The notes below the pieces were generated by a model. It was given only the letters and a program-made list of their open reading frames with translations. It did not search any database and was not told the origin of the DNA. This document shows, one piece after another, positions 28,773 to 37,114 of a DNA stretch of 64,000 bases; positions within the stretch are counted from its first letter, which is position 1; each line of letters opens with the position of its first letter. Position numbers and translations under genes: made by a program. The stretch covers positions 1,042-65,041 of the forward strand of contig JBBUCK010000041.1 in the NCBI GenBank assembly GCA_038057845.1, written 5' to 3'. This DNA is from Patescibacteria group bacterium. Its GTDB lineage: Bacteria > Patescibacteriota > Minisyncoccia > Phycocordibacterales > JAGLPS01.

Positions 28773-30534
28773 GGTATTTTTGGTGAAATTTAAACCATAA
28801 TGCTAGGCAAAGGAGGGACCAAATTTTATATTGAGCAGCATCGTTATGTTTTTGATAGAAATTATTAACTATATCCAGTATCTTTTCCTTTTTAAAGATT
28901 CTATATAATTCCGAATTTTCACTTAATGTTTTTTCTACAAATTTTTTTACTGTTTCTATTCGCAGCCATTCCTTAACAGGAGCACCGAATCCTTGTTTTT
29001 TCCTATATACAAAATCTTTTGGCATAATTTCACAGAGTATTTCTTTGAGAATTATTTTTCCGTTTTTCCTATCCATTTTGTATTTTTCAGGTAGATTATA
29101 GACAAATTCTGCAAGTGCATGGTCAAGGAAAGGTGATCGAATCTCAAGAGAATGCATCATGCTTGTCCGGTCTATTTTTGTGAGGAGTTGCCCAGGTAAA
29201 TATGTAGTAAGGTCGAAGAAGTTTATTTGTTGGGTACCATTTCCTTTAATTTTCCCAACATATTTTTTTTCAATACTGTCACTCAAAAATGAGATGTCTT
29301 TCCATAAGTCAAAACGATCTTTTTTTGAAAATATTGCTACATATTTTAAATGTTCTTTAAATTGATTTGAAACAAATATATTTTTTAGACGAACTATTTT
29401 GCGAGTATGCCAATATTTCCAATACCAGCCATAACCCATAAATAATTCATCAGCTCCGTCACCAGACATTGCTACTTTTACCTTCGACGATGCAAGTTCT
29501 GATATTAAGTGTTGAGAAAGATTGGATGAATCGGCATGTGGCTCATCCATGTATTCTATGACTTTTTCGAGCTCATGAGTTAATTCGCCCTTTACTTCTA
29601 AGGTGTAGTGGTCAGTTCCAATTTTTTTTGAAGCAAGTGAAGCATAGGGAAGTTCGTTTATATAATTTTCATATCCGACAGAAAATGTTTTAAGGGGATG
29701 CGTAGCATATTTCTGTGCATATGCAGTCACTAAAGTTGAGTCAACGCCTCCAGAAAGTAGACTTCCTATTTCAACATCAGCTACCATTCTTTTTTTTACC
29801 GCTTCATCAAAAAGTCTTTTTATTTCTTTTTTCGCATTATCATACGATATATTGATTGACTTGTTTTCAAGTTGCCAGTACTCCCAGGTTTCTAATTTTC
29901 CATTTTTTACGATACCTGCATGTGCTGGTAGAAGGGTATGAATATTTGAATATACAGTTTTCCATGGTGGTATATACATAAGTTGTAGGTAATTATCAAT
30001 TGCTATGAAATCAATCTTACCCTTAACTTCACCACTAGCAAAAAGCGCTTTAATTTCTGAAGCTCCCCAAAACATATCACCAACCCATGTGTAGTAGAAT
30101 GGTTTTTTACCAAATCTGTCACGTGCTATAAAAAGTTCCTGCTTAGACTCATTCCAAATAGCAAATGCGAACATTCCATCCAAATACTCTGGACACTTTC
30201 TTCCATATTCTGTATATGCTTTTAATATAACTTCAGTATCGGAATTAGTACTAAATATATGTCCTAATTCTTCAAGTTTTTTCCGAGTATCTTTATAACC
30301 ATAAATTTCTCCGTTGAAGACTATAGTGTACGGATGAGCGGTATCTTTCATTGGCTGATGTCCGCCTGAAATATCAAGAATAGAAAGACGAGTTTGAGCA
30401 AGGGTGCAGTTATCATATGTACACACACCTGTATCATCTGGGCCGCGTTTTGAAAGGGAAGAGAGCATGGAATCAATTTTTTCTTTTTCCAAATTTCCCG
30501 CAGTTTTCCCTACAATTGCAATTATTCCGCACAT
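28765..30534 (-). CDS. asnB: Asparagine synthase (glutamine-hydrolysing)-like amidotransferase, probably acting on the glycan
   Basis: N-terminal MCGI (Ntn Cys), RGPD, FNGEIY, LSGGVDS, SGDGADELF, RSPFLD, RKKQGF. Confidence 0.9.
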   Translation of the reverse strand: MCGIIAIVGKTAGNLEKEKIDSMLSSLSKRGPDDTGVCTYDNCTLAQTRLSILDISGGHQPMKDTAHPYTIVFNGEIYGYKDTRKKLEELGHIFSTNSDTEVILKAYTEYGRKCPEYLDGMFAFAIWNESKQELFIARDRFGKKPFYYTWVGDMFWGASEIKALFASGEVKGKIDFIAIDNYLQLMYIPPWKTVYSNIHTLLPAHAGIVKNGKLETWEYWQLENKSINISYDNAKKEIKRLFDEAVKKRMVADVEIGSLLSGGVDSTLVTAYAQKYATHPLKTFSVGYENYINELPYASLASKKIGTDHYTLEVKGELTHELEKVIEYMDEPHADSSNLSQHLISELASSKVKVAMSGDGADELFMGYGWYWKYWHTRKIVRLKNIFVSNQFKEHLKYVAIFSKKDRFDLWKDISFLSDSIEKKYVGKIKGNGTQQINFFDLTTYLPGQLLTKIDRTSMMHSLEIRSPFLDHALAEFVYNLPEKYKMDRKNGKIILKEILCEIMPKDFVYRKKQGFGAPVKEWLRIETVKKFVEKTLSENSELYRIFKKEKILDIVNNFYQKHNDAAQYKIWSLLCLALWFKFHQKYHE

Positions 30535-30540
30535 ATATTA

Positions 30541-30625
30541 AAAGTCTATAAAGTTCATAAAGTTTGTAAAGTCTATAAAGTCCATGAGAGTCTTAAAGTT
30601 CATAAAGTCGAAAGTCTATAAAGTC
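30541..30625 (-). repeat. Downstream arm of four-helix cassette 1: about 10 tandem (ACTTT+NNNN) units, mostly 9-nt period
   Basis: Plus strand AAAGT cores at 30541, 30550, 30559, 30568, 30577, (30587 degenerate), 30595, 30604, 30611, 30620. Confidence 0.9.
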
Positions 30626-30960
30626 TTTATAAAACCGGAAAGCAATCTAGAAATTTCAATGCATAAATTATAATATTTTTCGTATTGTTCTTTACTTATG
30701 TATTTAAGGTCTAAAGCTAGATATAACATTGACCTAATTTCTCCGCACGAACCTTTGGCAACAAATAAAAAATGTTTTAATTCCTTATCACCCCTTCTTT
30801 CAAAGCCCTCGGCAATATTATTCATTATCGATACGGATGCTCTTTGTATTTGATCCCTAAAACCAAAATCTTCACTGCCCTTAAATGTTTTATAAATAGA
30901 TAATGTTAATTCCATTGCTTTCTGCCAAGCTATAATATCTTCAAATTTTTCTATTTTCAT
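30616..30960 (-). CDS. Four-helix bundle protein (TIGR02436 / 23S rRNA IVP / Avd-like), copy 1
   Basis: FEDIIAWQKA, DQIQRASVSIMNNIAEG, FLFVAKGSCGE. Confidence 0.9.
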   Translation of the reverse strand: MKIEKFEDIIAWQKAMELTLSIYKTFKGSEDFGFRDQIQRASVSIMNNIAEGFERRGDKELKHFLFVAKGSCGEIRSMLYLALDLKYISKEQYEKYYNLCIEISRLLSGFIKTL

Positions 30961-31003
30961 AAGACTTTTGACTTTAAAGACTTTACGGACATTTGACTTA
31001 TAG
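30961..31003 (-). repeat. Upstream arm of four-helix cassette 1: about 5 AAAGTC units, inverted relative to the downstream arm
   Basis: Sense strand CTA-TAAGTC AAATGTC CGTAAAGTC TTTAAAGTC AAAAGTC TT-ATG. Confidence 0.88.
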
Positions 31004-31891
31004 TTTTATCCACTCTTTTGGCATAAGGTCCCTAATATCGTTTTTTGGAGCACCCTCAAACCATTTTTGTGGAGCGACCACAATCTTATCTTTTCGCGGA
31101 TTAAGCCACGCGCCCCACCAACTGAAGCTTGAATTGGCGATGATATGGTTTTTACATTGAGACATTAATATCATATCCTCATGATTTTTTTCCTTTCCGT
31201 TTCCTACCAGAGTGAAGGGATATTTAAGAGTTTTGAATGTTTCCGCAGCCCATTCATAATTGTCTGAGAAAATAAAAAAATGAGGAGATTTCACATGCTT
31301 GACTATGTGCTCTATAGCACGTTCGTAGTACTCGGGTGAGCATAAACTATGCCATGGTTTATGTTTTGACTCTGTATCGAAACGTGTATCGAAACGTCTT
31401 ACATGAATTGATACGGATTGCGTTTTTTGTATCTCCTCCTGTATTTTTTGGCTCTGCGGAGAGAGAGCAGCTTTCAGGGTTATTTCTTTACGCACATCAT
31501 CCTCTATGTTTTTAAAATACTTTTCTGTCTGCCAGAAACCGTCGAAATACGTTGTCCCTTTGCGTGAAAAAACATTTTGGTCGTACATAAAAGTTTTTTC
31601 CATGTAATACCAAAGACGCAGGATTTTATTAAACTTTAGGCGATGGTAAATAAAATTAAAGAATGTATTATGTTTGCGTAACCACACGAAACCAAACATG
31701 TCAGTTTCTTTTGCAATGTGCTCCTGTATATTGAATTTCGATAATTCGTAGGAGTCGGATTTGTAGTATGTATGGAAAGGAGTTACATCAAGTCGGAAGT
31801 TAGTTTTCGTGCTTACAGAGACTCCTCGCGCAAAAGCGTATTGGAATAGTTGATTGCCAAGACCGCCATTGAGTTTGACAATGATTGTCAT
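30998..31891 (-). CDS. Alpha-1,2-fucosyltransferase family (GT11)
   Basis: GGLGNQLFQYA, DGFWQTEKYF, SIHVRR, FSD, IIANSSFSWWGAWL. Confidence 0.9.
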   Translation of the reverse strand: MTIIVKLNGGLGNQLFQYAFARGVSVSTKTNFRLDVTPFHTYYKSDSYELSKFNIQEHIAKETDMFGFVWLRKHNTFFNFIYHRLKFNKILRLWYYMEKTFMYDQNVFSRKGTTYFDGFWQTEKYFKNIEDDVRKEITLKAALSPQSQKIQEEIQKTQSVSIHVRRFDTRFDTESKHKPWHSLCSPEYYERAIEHIVKHVKSPHFFIFSDNYEWAAETFKTLKYPFTLVGNGKEKNHEDMILMSQCKNHIIANSSFSWWGAWLNPRKDKIVVAPQKWFEGAPKNDIRDLMPKEWIKL

Positions 31892-32802
31892 GATGCCTTT
31901 TTAGTAAATATACGCTTAATGAAGCTTTTTAAGCTTCTCTCTTTAACGTGAATGATAAATGCACGGGGGAGTCGTATAAGAAGTAGCAAAGCGGTGAGAG
32001 GACGATAAGGAGTTCCCCGTAAAGCCTCCATGTGCCCCCCGAAGTAACTTTTAAATCGTCCAAATGGGAACATTTGGTTCTTTTCAGGATTTACAAATCC
32101 CATCTCTGTAACCTGATTTTGCCGGTTGGTAAGACTCAATTGCGGACTTGAATATCCTCCAAGGCGTTTTTTAAAGAGCATTTTCGGATCAACCATAACT
32201 CCAAAACGGCTTATGGCGGCAAGACCAATATGGTAATCTTGTCCCCACACACGTCGCTGTGGGTATGCCTGCCATATAGCCTTCGCAGCTTCAGTTCTGT
32301 AGAGCACGTATAGAAGGTTATTTTTGCCGAACCCTTCTGGTTCTAGCACATAACGTGCTACCTGCATATAACTTGGTTTGCCAGAGAGGTTCACCATCCA
32401 CGGTGACTCTAGTACTGTTCTCCCAAATGAATCTATCGTTTTGTTGCATGTAGTCGCTACTCCAATACCCTTATCTTTTTCCAAGTACTCAACACAGGTT
32501 TGCAAGTAGTCTTTTTCCCACATGTCATCTTGAGCTGCCCACATGAAATATTCGCTGTCCCCACGGTCGAGTGTAAATTTGAAATTGGCAAATAGACCAA
32601 GATTTTTCTCTTGTTTAATATACTTGATTCGAGCATCTTTTCTTGCGTATTCCTCACAGATTGCCTGCGTCCTATCTTTTGATGTGTCATCAGAAATAAG
32701 CATGACCCAATCGGTGTAAGTTTGTCCTATTAACGATTCAATCGCTTGACTGATGAACCGCTCCCCATTGTATGCAGGCATTCCTATAAATATTTTTGTC
32801 AT
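31888..32802 (-). CDS. Glycosyltransferase family 2
   Basis: IGMPAYNG, SDDTSKD, NLG...NF, YFMWAAQDD. Confidence 0.88.
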   Translation of the reverse strand: MTKIFIGMPAYNGERFISQAIESLIGQTYTDWVMLISDDTSKDRTQAICEEYARKDARIKYIKQEKNLGLFANFKFTLDRGDSEYFMWAAQDDMWEKDYLQTCVEYLEKDKGIGVATTCNKTIDSFGRTVLESPWMVNLSGKPSYMQVARYVLEPEGFGKNNLLYVLYRTEAAKAIWQAYPQRRVWGQDYHIGLAAISRFGVMVDPKMLFKKRLGGYSSPQLSLTNRQNQVTEMGFVNPEKNQMFPFGRFKSYFGGHMEALRGTPYRPLTALLLLIRLPRAFIIHVKERSLKSFIKRIFTKKAS

Positions 32803-32803
32803 A

Positions 32804-33673
32804 TTAAATGAGTGATTTTTTAAAGCTAATCATTATTTCCTCCAATCTCTCATTATCTATAGCAGGGAGGTGCAACCCCAATGATGTAGCTTTGGCATTG
32901 GATAACACACAGTTAGTTCGTTTTGCTTTCGTGATCCCTCCCTCACCCTCCAGTTCTTCAAGTGAAATAATGGTATATGTGTGGTGGGGGTTGACTATTT
33001 TTTTGTAGGATTCCAAAATTTGCTGATGATCTATGTAGCCACTGTTAGTTATATTCAAAATTCCATGTGGTTGTAAAAAGGCCAGTTTTTCCAGAGCGGC
33101 CCACAAATCTTCAACCAGGGTTACCGAATTAGGCATGGAAATCACCTTAGGATAAGAAACAATTTTGTTTATTAAGTTTCGCGGATGGGAAAATGTGGCT
33201 ATCGGCAGTCTGATTCTTACTTGCAAAACAGGTAGTTTTTCCAATGCCTTTTGCATGACAATGCGCATTTGTGAATAAAAACTGCCAAAAAAATTAGGCT
33301 CATCCTCTTCGGTAAAAGCGGTTTCCTTACTACCGGTATATAGACATCCTGTGGAGATTTGGATGGGGTAAACACCAGTTTCTAGGGCCGCCAGTGTGAC
33401 ATTTAATACTCCGCCAACATTGATTTTTACAGTTTCTGCTTTGTTGTCTTCACACCAATCAATAGTTGGATAAGCTTTTGCTCCGGAAAGATTAATAACT
33501 ACTTCAGGCCTTACTTTTTTAAATGTAGCTATCAAAGTAGGAAAATCGGTAACATCAATTCTAGAAGTGAAAACTTGATGCCCACGTTTTTTTAAATAGT
33601 TGGCCATTCCTTCACCCAAAAAACCACTTGCTCCAAGAATATAAAATTTTATTGGTTTAATATTTTCTAGCAT
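32804..33673 (-). CDS. NRS/ER-type (bifunctional 3,5-epimerase/4-reductase-like) RmlD-family SDR
   Basis: GASGFLG, PTIDWCE, GCLY, FTEEDEPNFFGSFYS, RIRLPI, PRNLINKI...KVISMPNSVT. Confidence 0.75.
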   Translation of the reverse strand: MLENIKPIKFYILGASGFLGEGMANYLKKRGHQVFTSRIDVTDFPTLIATFKKVRPEVVINLSGAKAYPTIDWCEDNKAETVKINVGGVLNVTLAALETGVYPIQISTGCLYTGSKETAFTEEDEPNFFGSFYSQMRIVMQKALEKLPVLQVRIRLPIATFSHPRNLINKIVSYPKVISMPNSVTLVEDLWAALEKLAFLQPHGILNITNSGYIDHQQILESYKKIVNPHHTYTIISLEELEGEGGITKAKRTNCVLSNAKATSLGLHLPAIDNERLEEIMISFKKSLI

Positions 33674-33748
33674 AAAATTTTTTTAAAAAATGAAGCCAAG
33701 GTAACCAGAAATCGGTATTTTCCGTTTAGTTTTCATAATAAATTATAA

Positions 33749-34432
33749 TCAACCAACTCTTTTTAAATAACCGTTTACATTAAAAGTAGCGTTTTTCCCG
33801 AACATATCGCAGTATTTTCTGTCGGAAGTAAAGTTTTCATTTGATTCAAGAAACTCACGTATCGCTTTAAGTGGTCCACCATGAAAACCCTCCTCACGTC
33901 TCAATGTGCTCACTATTCCATCCTCTACAATATAGTACGACCCTATACTCACAAGAGGAGAGAACGTATATAGTGCTTCAAGGCTGTCTTCGTACATATG
34001 AGAAGCATCCTCAATCACAAGTATTTTTTTGAAAACTTTTGCTTCATTAATATCATAATTTTTGAAACCTCCAGTGAATAATTTTATACGAGGATGCATT
34101 GCAACTATATCGGAGGTTTTCTTTTCAATATCTATACTATGTATTGTCCCGTGACCGAGAATATTCATCATGTCAGCGATATATAATGTAGTTCCGCCAA
34201 GATTAGTTCCTATTTCAATGACAAGATCTGGTTTTATTTCAGAAATAATCATTTGGTACATGACATAATCAAATGGACAGCGAAGAGCGGGAATACCCCG
34301 ATATAGCACATTAAAAGTTCCCGAGTAGATCGTTCTGGCATTAAAAAGAACTTTTTCCTCGTCTGGAACGTGTAGAAGTCTTCTTCTTATCAGTTTGATG
34401 GCTGTTTTAGCTTTTTTGAAAGGGTTAAACAT
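33749..34432 (-). CDS. CmcI family (cephalosporin hydroxylase / rhamnosyl O-methyltransferase-like) methyltransferase
   Basis: YQMII...KPDLVIEIGT, EDASH, YYIVEDG, GPLKAIREFL, NGYL. Confidence 0.82.
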   Translation of the reverse strand: MFNPFKKAKTAIKLIRRRLLHVPDEEKVLFNARTIYSGTFNVLYRGIPALRCPFDYVMYQMIISEIKPDLVIEIGTNLGGTTLYIADMMNILGHGTIHSIDIEKKTSDIVAMHPRIKLFTGGFKNYDINEAKVFKKILVIEDASHMYEDSLEALYTFSPLVSIGSYYIVEDGIVSTLRREEGFHGGPLKAIREFLESNENFTSDRKYCDMFGKNATFNVNGYLKRVG

Positions 34433-34438
34433 CGTATT

Positions 34439-35704
34439 TTATTCTATATCCCACTTAAGGCGCGGCCTTACTACACCTGGAATGCGTTGATTGAAATCCA
34501 TTTTCTTTGTGTGCTCTATATCCTCAACCACTTGAAAGGTGATGGCCTCGCGTTCATAAAGGTGTATTTTAAGAGGCATCATAGTTGAGATAGCGACGCC
34601 GACTATATACGTACCATCATTAAGAAGGTCTTTCGGTATCCATGCTGTTGTTTTATGTATTCCCACATTATCAAGCTTCTCATGAAAATCAGCGTGACTT
34701 ATGAAAGCGTACTCTTCTCTATTTGTGAAGACATGAATATTGGGAGTGGGGGAGAAGCTTTTTTGTAGAACTTCATACACAATTTCAACCCCAACTTCTT
34801 GATTTGAGTAGGCGTAGGGGGCAGACTTACCCTCTGTGTTAATGAGTCTCACTGAATTGAGGTGAACAATTTCGTTTCCAGGACGTTCCCGCTCTTTCCA
34901 AATCGTTTCTGTGTCGTTTGAATTTGTGCTATTGAGGTAGTAATTGACGACTTCCTCCGTCTTTCCAAACATTTCTACTTGCCCTTTTTTGAGCAAAATG
35001 GTTTTCGAACAAAGTCGCTGAATTGCTGCCATATTATGGCTCACGAAGAGAATTGTGCGTCCTTTCTTACTTGTGACCTCTTCCATTTTGCCGAGACATT
35101 TTTTTTGAAATTCTGCATCACCGACAGCGAGGACTTCATCAACAAGGAGAATGTCTGGTTCCATATGAGCAGCCACAGAGAAAGCAAGGCGGACATACAT
35201 ACCACTCGAGTAATATTTCACAGGGGTGTCAAGGAATTTTTCAATACCAGAAAAGGCGACAATTTCGTCAAATTTCTTCACAATTTCTTTTTTGGTCATA
35301 CCGAGAATAGCACCGTTAAGAAAGATATTTTCTCGTCCGGTAAGCTCAGGGTGAAAGCCGGTGCCGATTTCAAGAAGCGAGGCGACTTTTCCGTGCATAA
35401 CGATTTCACCCTCGGTCGGTGGAGTGATGCCTGTGAGAATTTTCAAAAGTGTGGATTTTCCGGCCCCATTTCTCCCAATAATACCGATTATTTCGCCCTG
35501 TTTAATTTGAAGGTTAATGTTCTTGAGTGCCCAAAATTCTTCTTTTTTTTCAAGTCCTACCACCTGTTTCACTTTATTTTTTGCAAACCGAAAAGGATTT
35601 TTAAAAACATTTGTAAGCACATCACGCAACGCAATATATCCACCTCGTCCCCGTGTGATATTATATTTTTTCCCTACGTTTTTTATTTCAATGATAGAGT
35701 CCAT
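34439..35704 (-). CDS. wzt: Polysaccharide ABC transporter ATP-binding protein with C-terminal Wzt_C domain
   Basis: GRNGAGKST, YSSGMYVRLAF, LLVDEVLAVGD, VSH; C-terminal beta domain. Confidence 0.92.
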   Translation of the reverse strand: MDSIIEIKNVGKKYNITRGRGGYIALRDVLTNVFKNPFRFAKNKVKQVVGLEKKEEFWALKNINLQIKQGEIIGIIGRNGAGKSTLLKILTGITPPTEGEIVMHGKVASLLEIGTGFHPELTGRENIFLNGAILGMTKKEIVKKFDEIVAFSGIEKFLDTPVKYYSSGMYVRLAFSVAAHMEPDILLVDEVLAVGDAEFQKKCLGKMEEVTSKKGRTILFVSHNMAAIQRLCSKTILLKKGQVEMFGKTEEVVNYYLNSTNSNDTETIWKERERPGNEIVHLNSVRLINTEGKSAPYAYSNQEVGVEIVYEVLQKSFSPTPNIHVFTNREEYAFISHADFHEKLDNVGIHKTTAWIPKDLLNDGTYIVGVAISTMMPLKIHLYEREAITFQVVEDIEHTKKMDFNQRIPGVVRPRLKWDIE

Positions 35705-35737
35705 AAAGTTTGTAAAGTCATTAAAGTCTATAAAGTC
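35693..35737 (-). repeat. Downstream arm of four-helix cassette 2, supplying both the stop of the four-helix gene and the ATG of wzt
   Basis: Sense strand G ACTTTA-TAG ACTTTAATG ACTTTACAA ACTTT-ATG-G ACTCTATC. Confidence 0.88.
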
Positions 35738-36072
35738 TTGATAAATCCCGAAAGCAACCTTGAGATTTCAACAGATAAATTATAATACTTTTCGTATTCT
35801 TCTTTATTTATATATTCAAGACTTAGAGCCAAATATAACATTGACCTAACTTCTCCACATGACCCCTTCGCAATAAATAAGAAATGTTTGAATTCTTTAT
35901 CACCTCTCCTTTCAAACCCCTCGGCAATATTATTCATTATTGACACAGACGCTCTTTGTATTTGGTCTCTAAATCCAAAATCTTTACTACTTATGAACGC
36001 TTTATAAATAAGTAGCGTTAATTCTTTTGCCTTTTCCCATGCTATGATATCTTCAAATTTTTCTATTTTCAT
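35728..36072 (-). CDS. Four-helix bundle protein (TIGR02436 / 23S rRNA IVP / Avd-like), copy 2
   Basis: Same motifs as copy 1; 98/114 identical residues by manual alignment. Confidence 0.9.
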   Translation of the reverse strand: MKIEKFEDIIAWEKAKELTLLIYKAFISSKDFGFRDQIQRASVSIMNNIAEGFERRGDKEFKHFLFIAKGSCGEVRSMLYLALSLEYINKEEYEKYYNLSVEISRLLSGFIKTL

Positions 36073-36117
36073 ATAACTTTTGACTTTACGGACTTTATAG
36101 ACCTTTGACTTTTTACT
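36073..36117 (-). repeat. Upstream arm of four-helix cassette 2 (AAAGTC units)
   Basis: Sense strand AGTAAAAAGTC AAAGGTC TATAAAGTC CGTAAAGTC AAAAGTT AT-ATG. Confidence 0.88.
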
Positions 36118-36939
36118 CTATATGATATCAGCGAAATATCGTTCAACTTTTTTGAAATAAATTATGCCAATAGTGAAAAGCACAGCACATGCGGCAAAAG
36201 AAATTGAAACAAGTGCAAAATTAATAGGCGCTGTGCCGAGGAGCCCTGCGCGTGCAGTTTGAATGACGCCCATCATTGGATTGAATGCGAGGATCCATGA
36301 ATATTTTCCTGCGATACTCGCTGGATAAATAACAGGGGTAATAAAGAGAAGAATTTGGATGAAAAAGGGAAGTATGTAACGAACATCGCGATATTTTACA
36401 TTGACTGCGGCGAGGAAAAGCCCACCCCCGACTGCTGCCATGAAAGTAATCATAAGAAGGATGGGGAGAATGAGAACCCCTGCTAGGTGTGGTGCATAGC
36501 CATAATAGACCATCATCCCTACGAGGATGACCGAGGAAATAGCGAAATCAACAAACTTTGTCGCCACTGCTGAAAGAGGGAGAATAAGGCGAGGGAAATA
36601 GACTTTGGTGATAATTGATTGGTTGCTAATGAGAACATTGCTTGTTTCTGAAAGAGCACTTGAAAAAAATTGCCAAAAGAGGAGGCCTGTGTAGACAAAA
36701 ATTGGGTAAGGAATCCCATCGGAGGGAATCTTAAGAAGTGTGCCAAAAAAGAAACTAAAAACAACCATTGTCATAAACGGTTGAAAAACTGCCCATAGAA
36801 CGCCGATGACAGTTTGTTTGTAGCGTACCTTAAAATCACGCCAGGTAAAAAAATAGAGAAGCTCTTTGTAACGCCAAACCTCTTTCAGGTCCTCAAAGCT
36901 GAATACTTTTTTCGGTTTTATAACGGTAACTTTACTCAT
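36118..36939 (-). CDS. wzm: Polysaccharide ABC transporter permease
   Basis: RDFKVRYKQT..G..W...QP, LFWQFF, ITKVYFPR, YRDV, NPM, FADII. Confidence 0.92.
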   Translation of the reverse strand: MSKVTVIKPKKVFSFEDLKEVWRYKELLYFFTWRDFKVRYKQTVIGVLWAVFQPFMTMVVFSFFFGTLLKIPSDGIPYPIFVYTGLLFWQFFSSALSETSNVLISNQSIITKVYFPRLILPLSAVATKFVDFAISSVILVGMMVYYGYAPHLAGVLILPILLMITFMAAVGGGLFLAAVNVKYRDVRYILPFFIQILLFITPVIYPASIAGKYSWILAFNPMMGVIQTARAGLLGTAPINFALVSISFAACAVLFTIGIIYFKKVERYFADII

Positions 36940-37029
36940 AATTTAAAATTCTCTTTGGACCATTTGTACGTTCATGATATCAGAACTATTATAATGCTCT
37001 ATAGATTTCGTACGGGATTCTATGTTTGT

Positions 37030-37063
37030 TATCATAATAAAACAAAATAGCAAGAAGTGTCAA
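37030..37063 (-). promoter_or_regulatory. Sigma70-like promoter / shared 34-bp upstream motif, copy A (before wzm)
   Basis: Minus strand TTGACA-18 nt-TATTAT; 31/34 identical to 43592-43625. Confidence 0.65.
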
Positions 37064-37114
37064 TAGGTATCAAAAGGTATCACCAGATTAAGAATCTTTT
37101 TGGAGCGCTCCTAC

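Noticed and set aside
34979-35785. 268-aa plus-strand ORF and the other short overlapping ORFs in the track
   Set aside because: Antisense or off-frame shadows of well-supported genes (here wzt) with no recognisable motifs.
30616-36072. Diversity-generating retroelement suggested by Avd-like proteins
   Set aside because: No reverse transcriptase and no TR/VR pair with adenine-specific mismatches was seen in the window.
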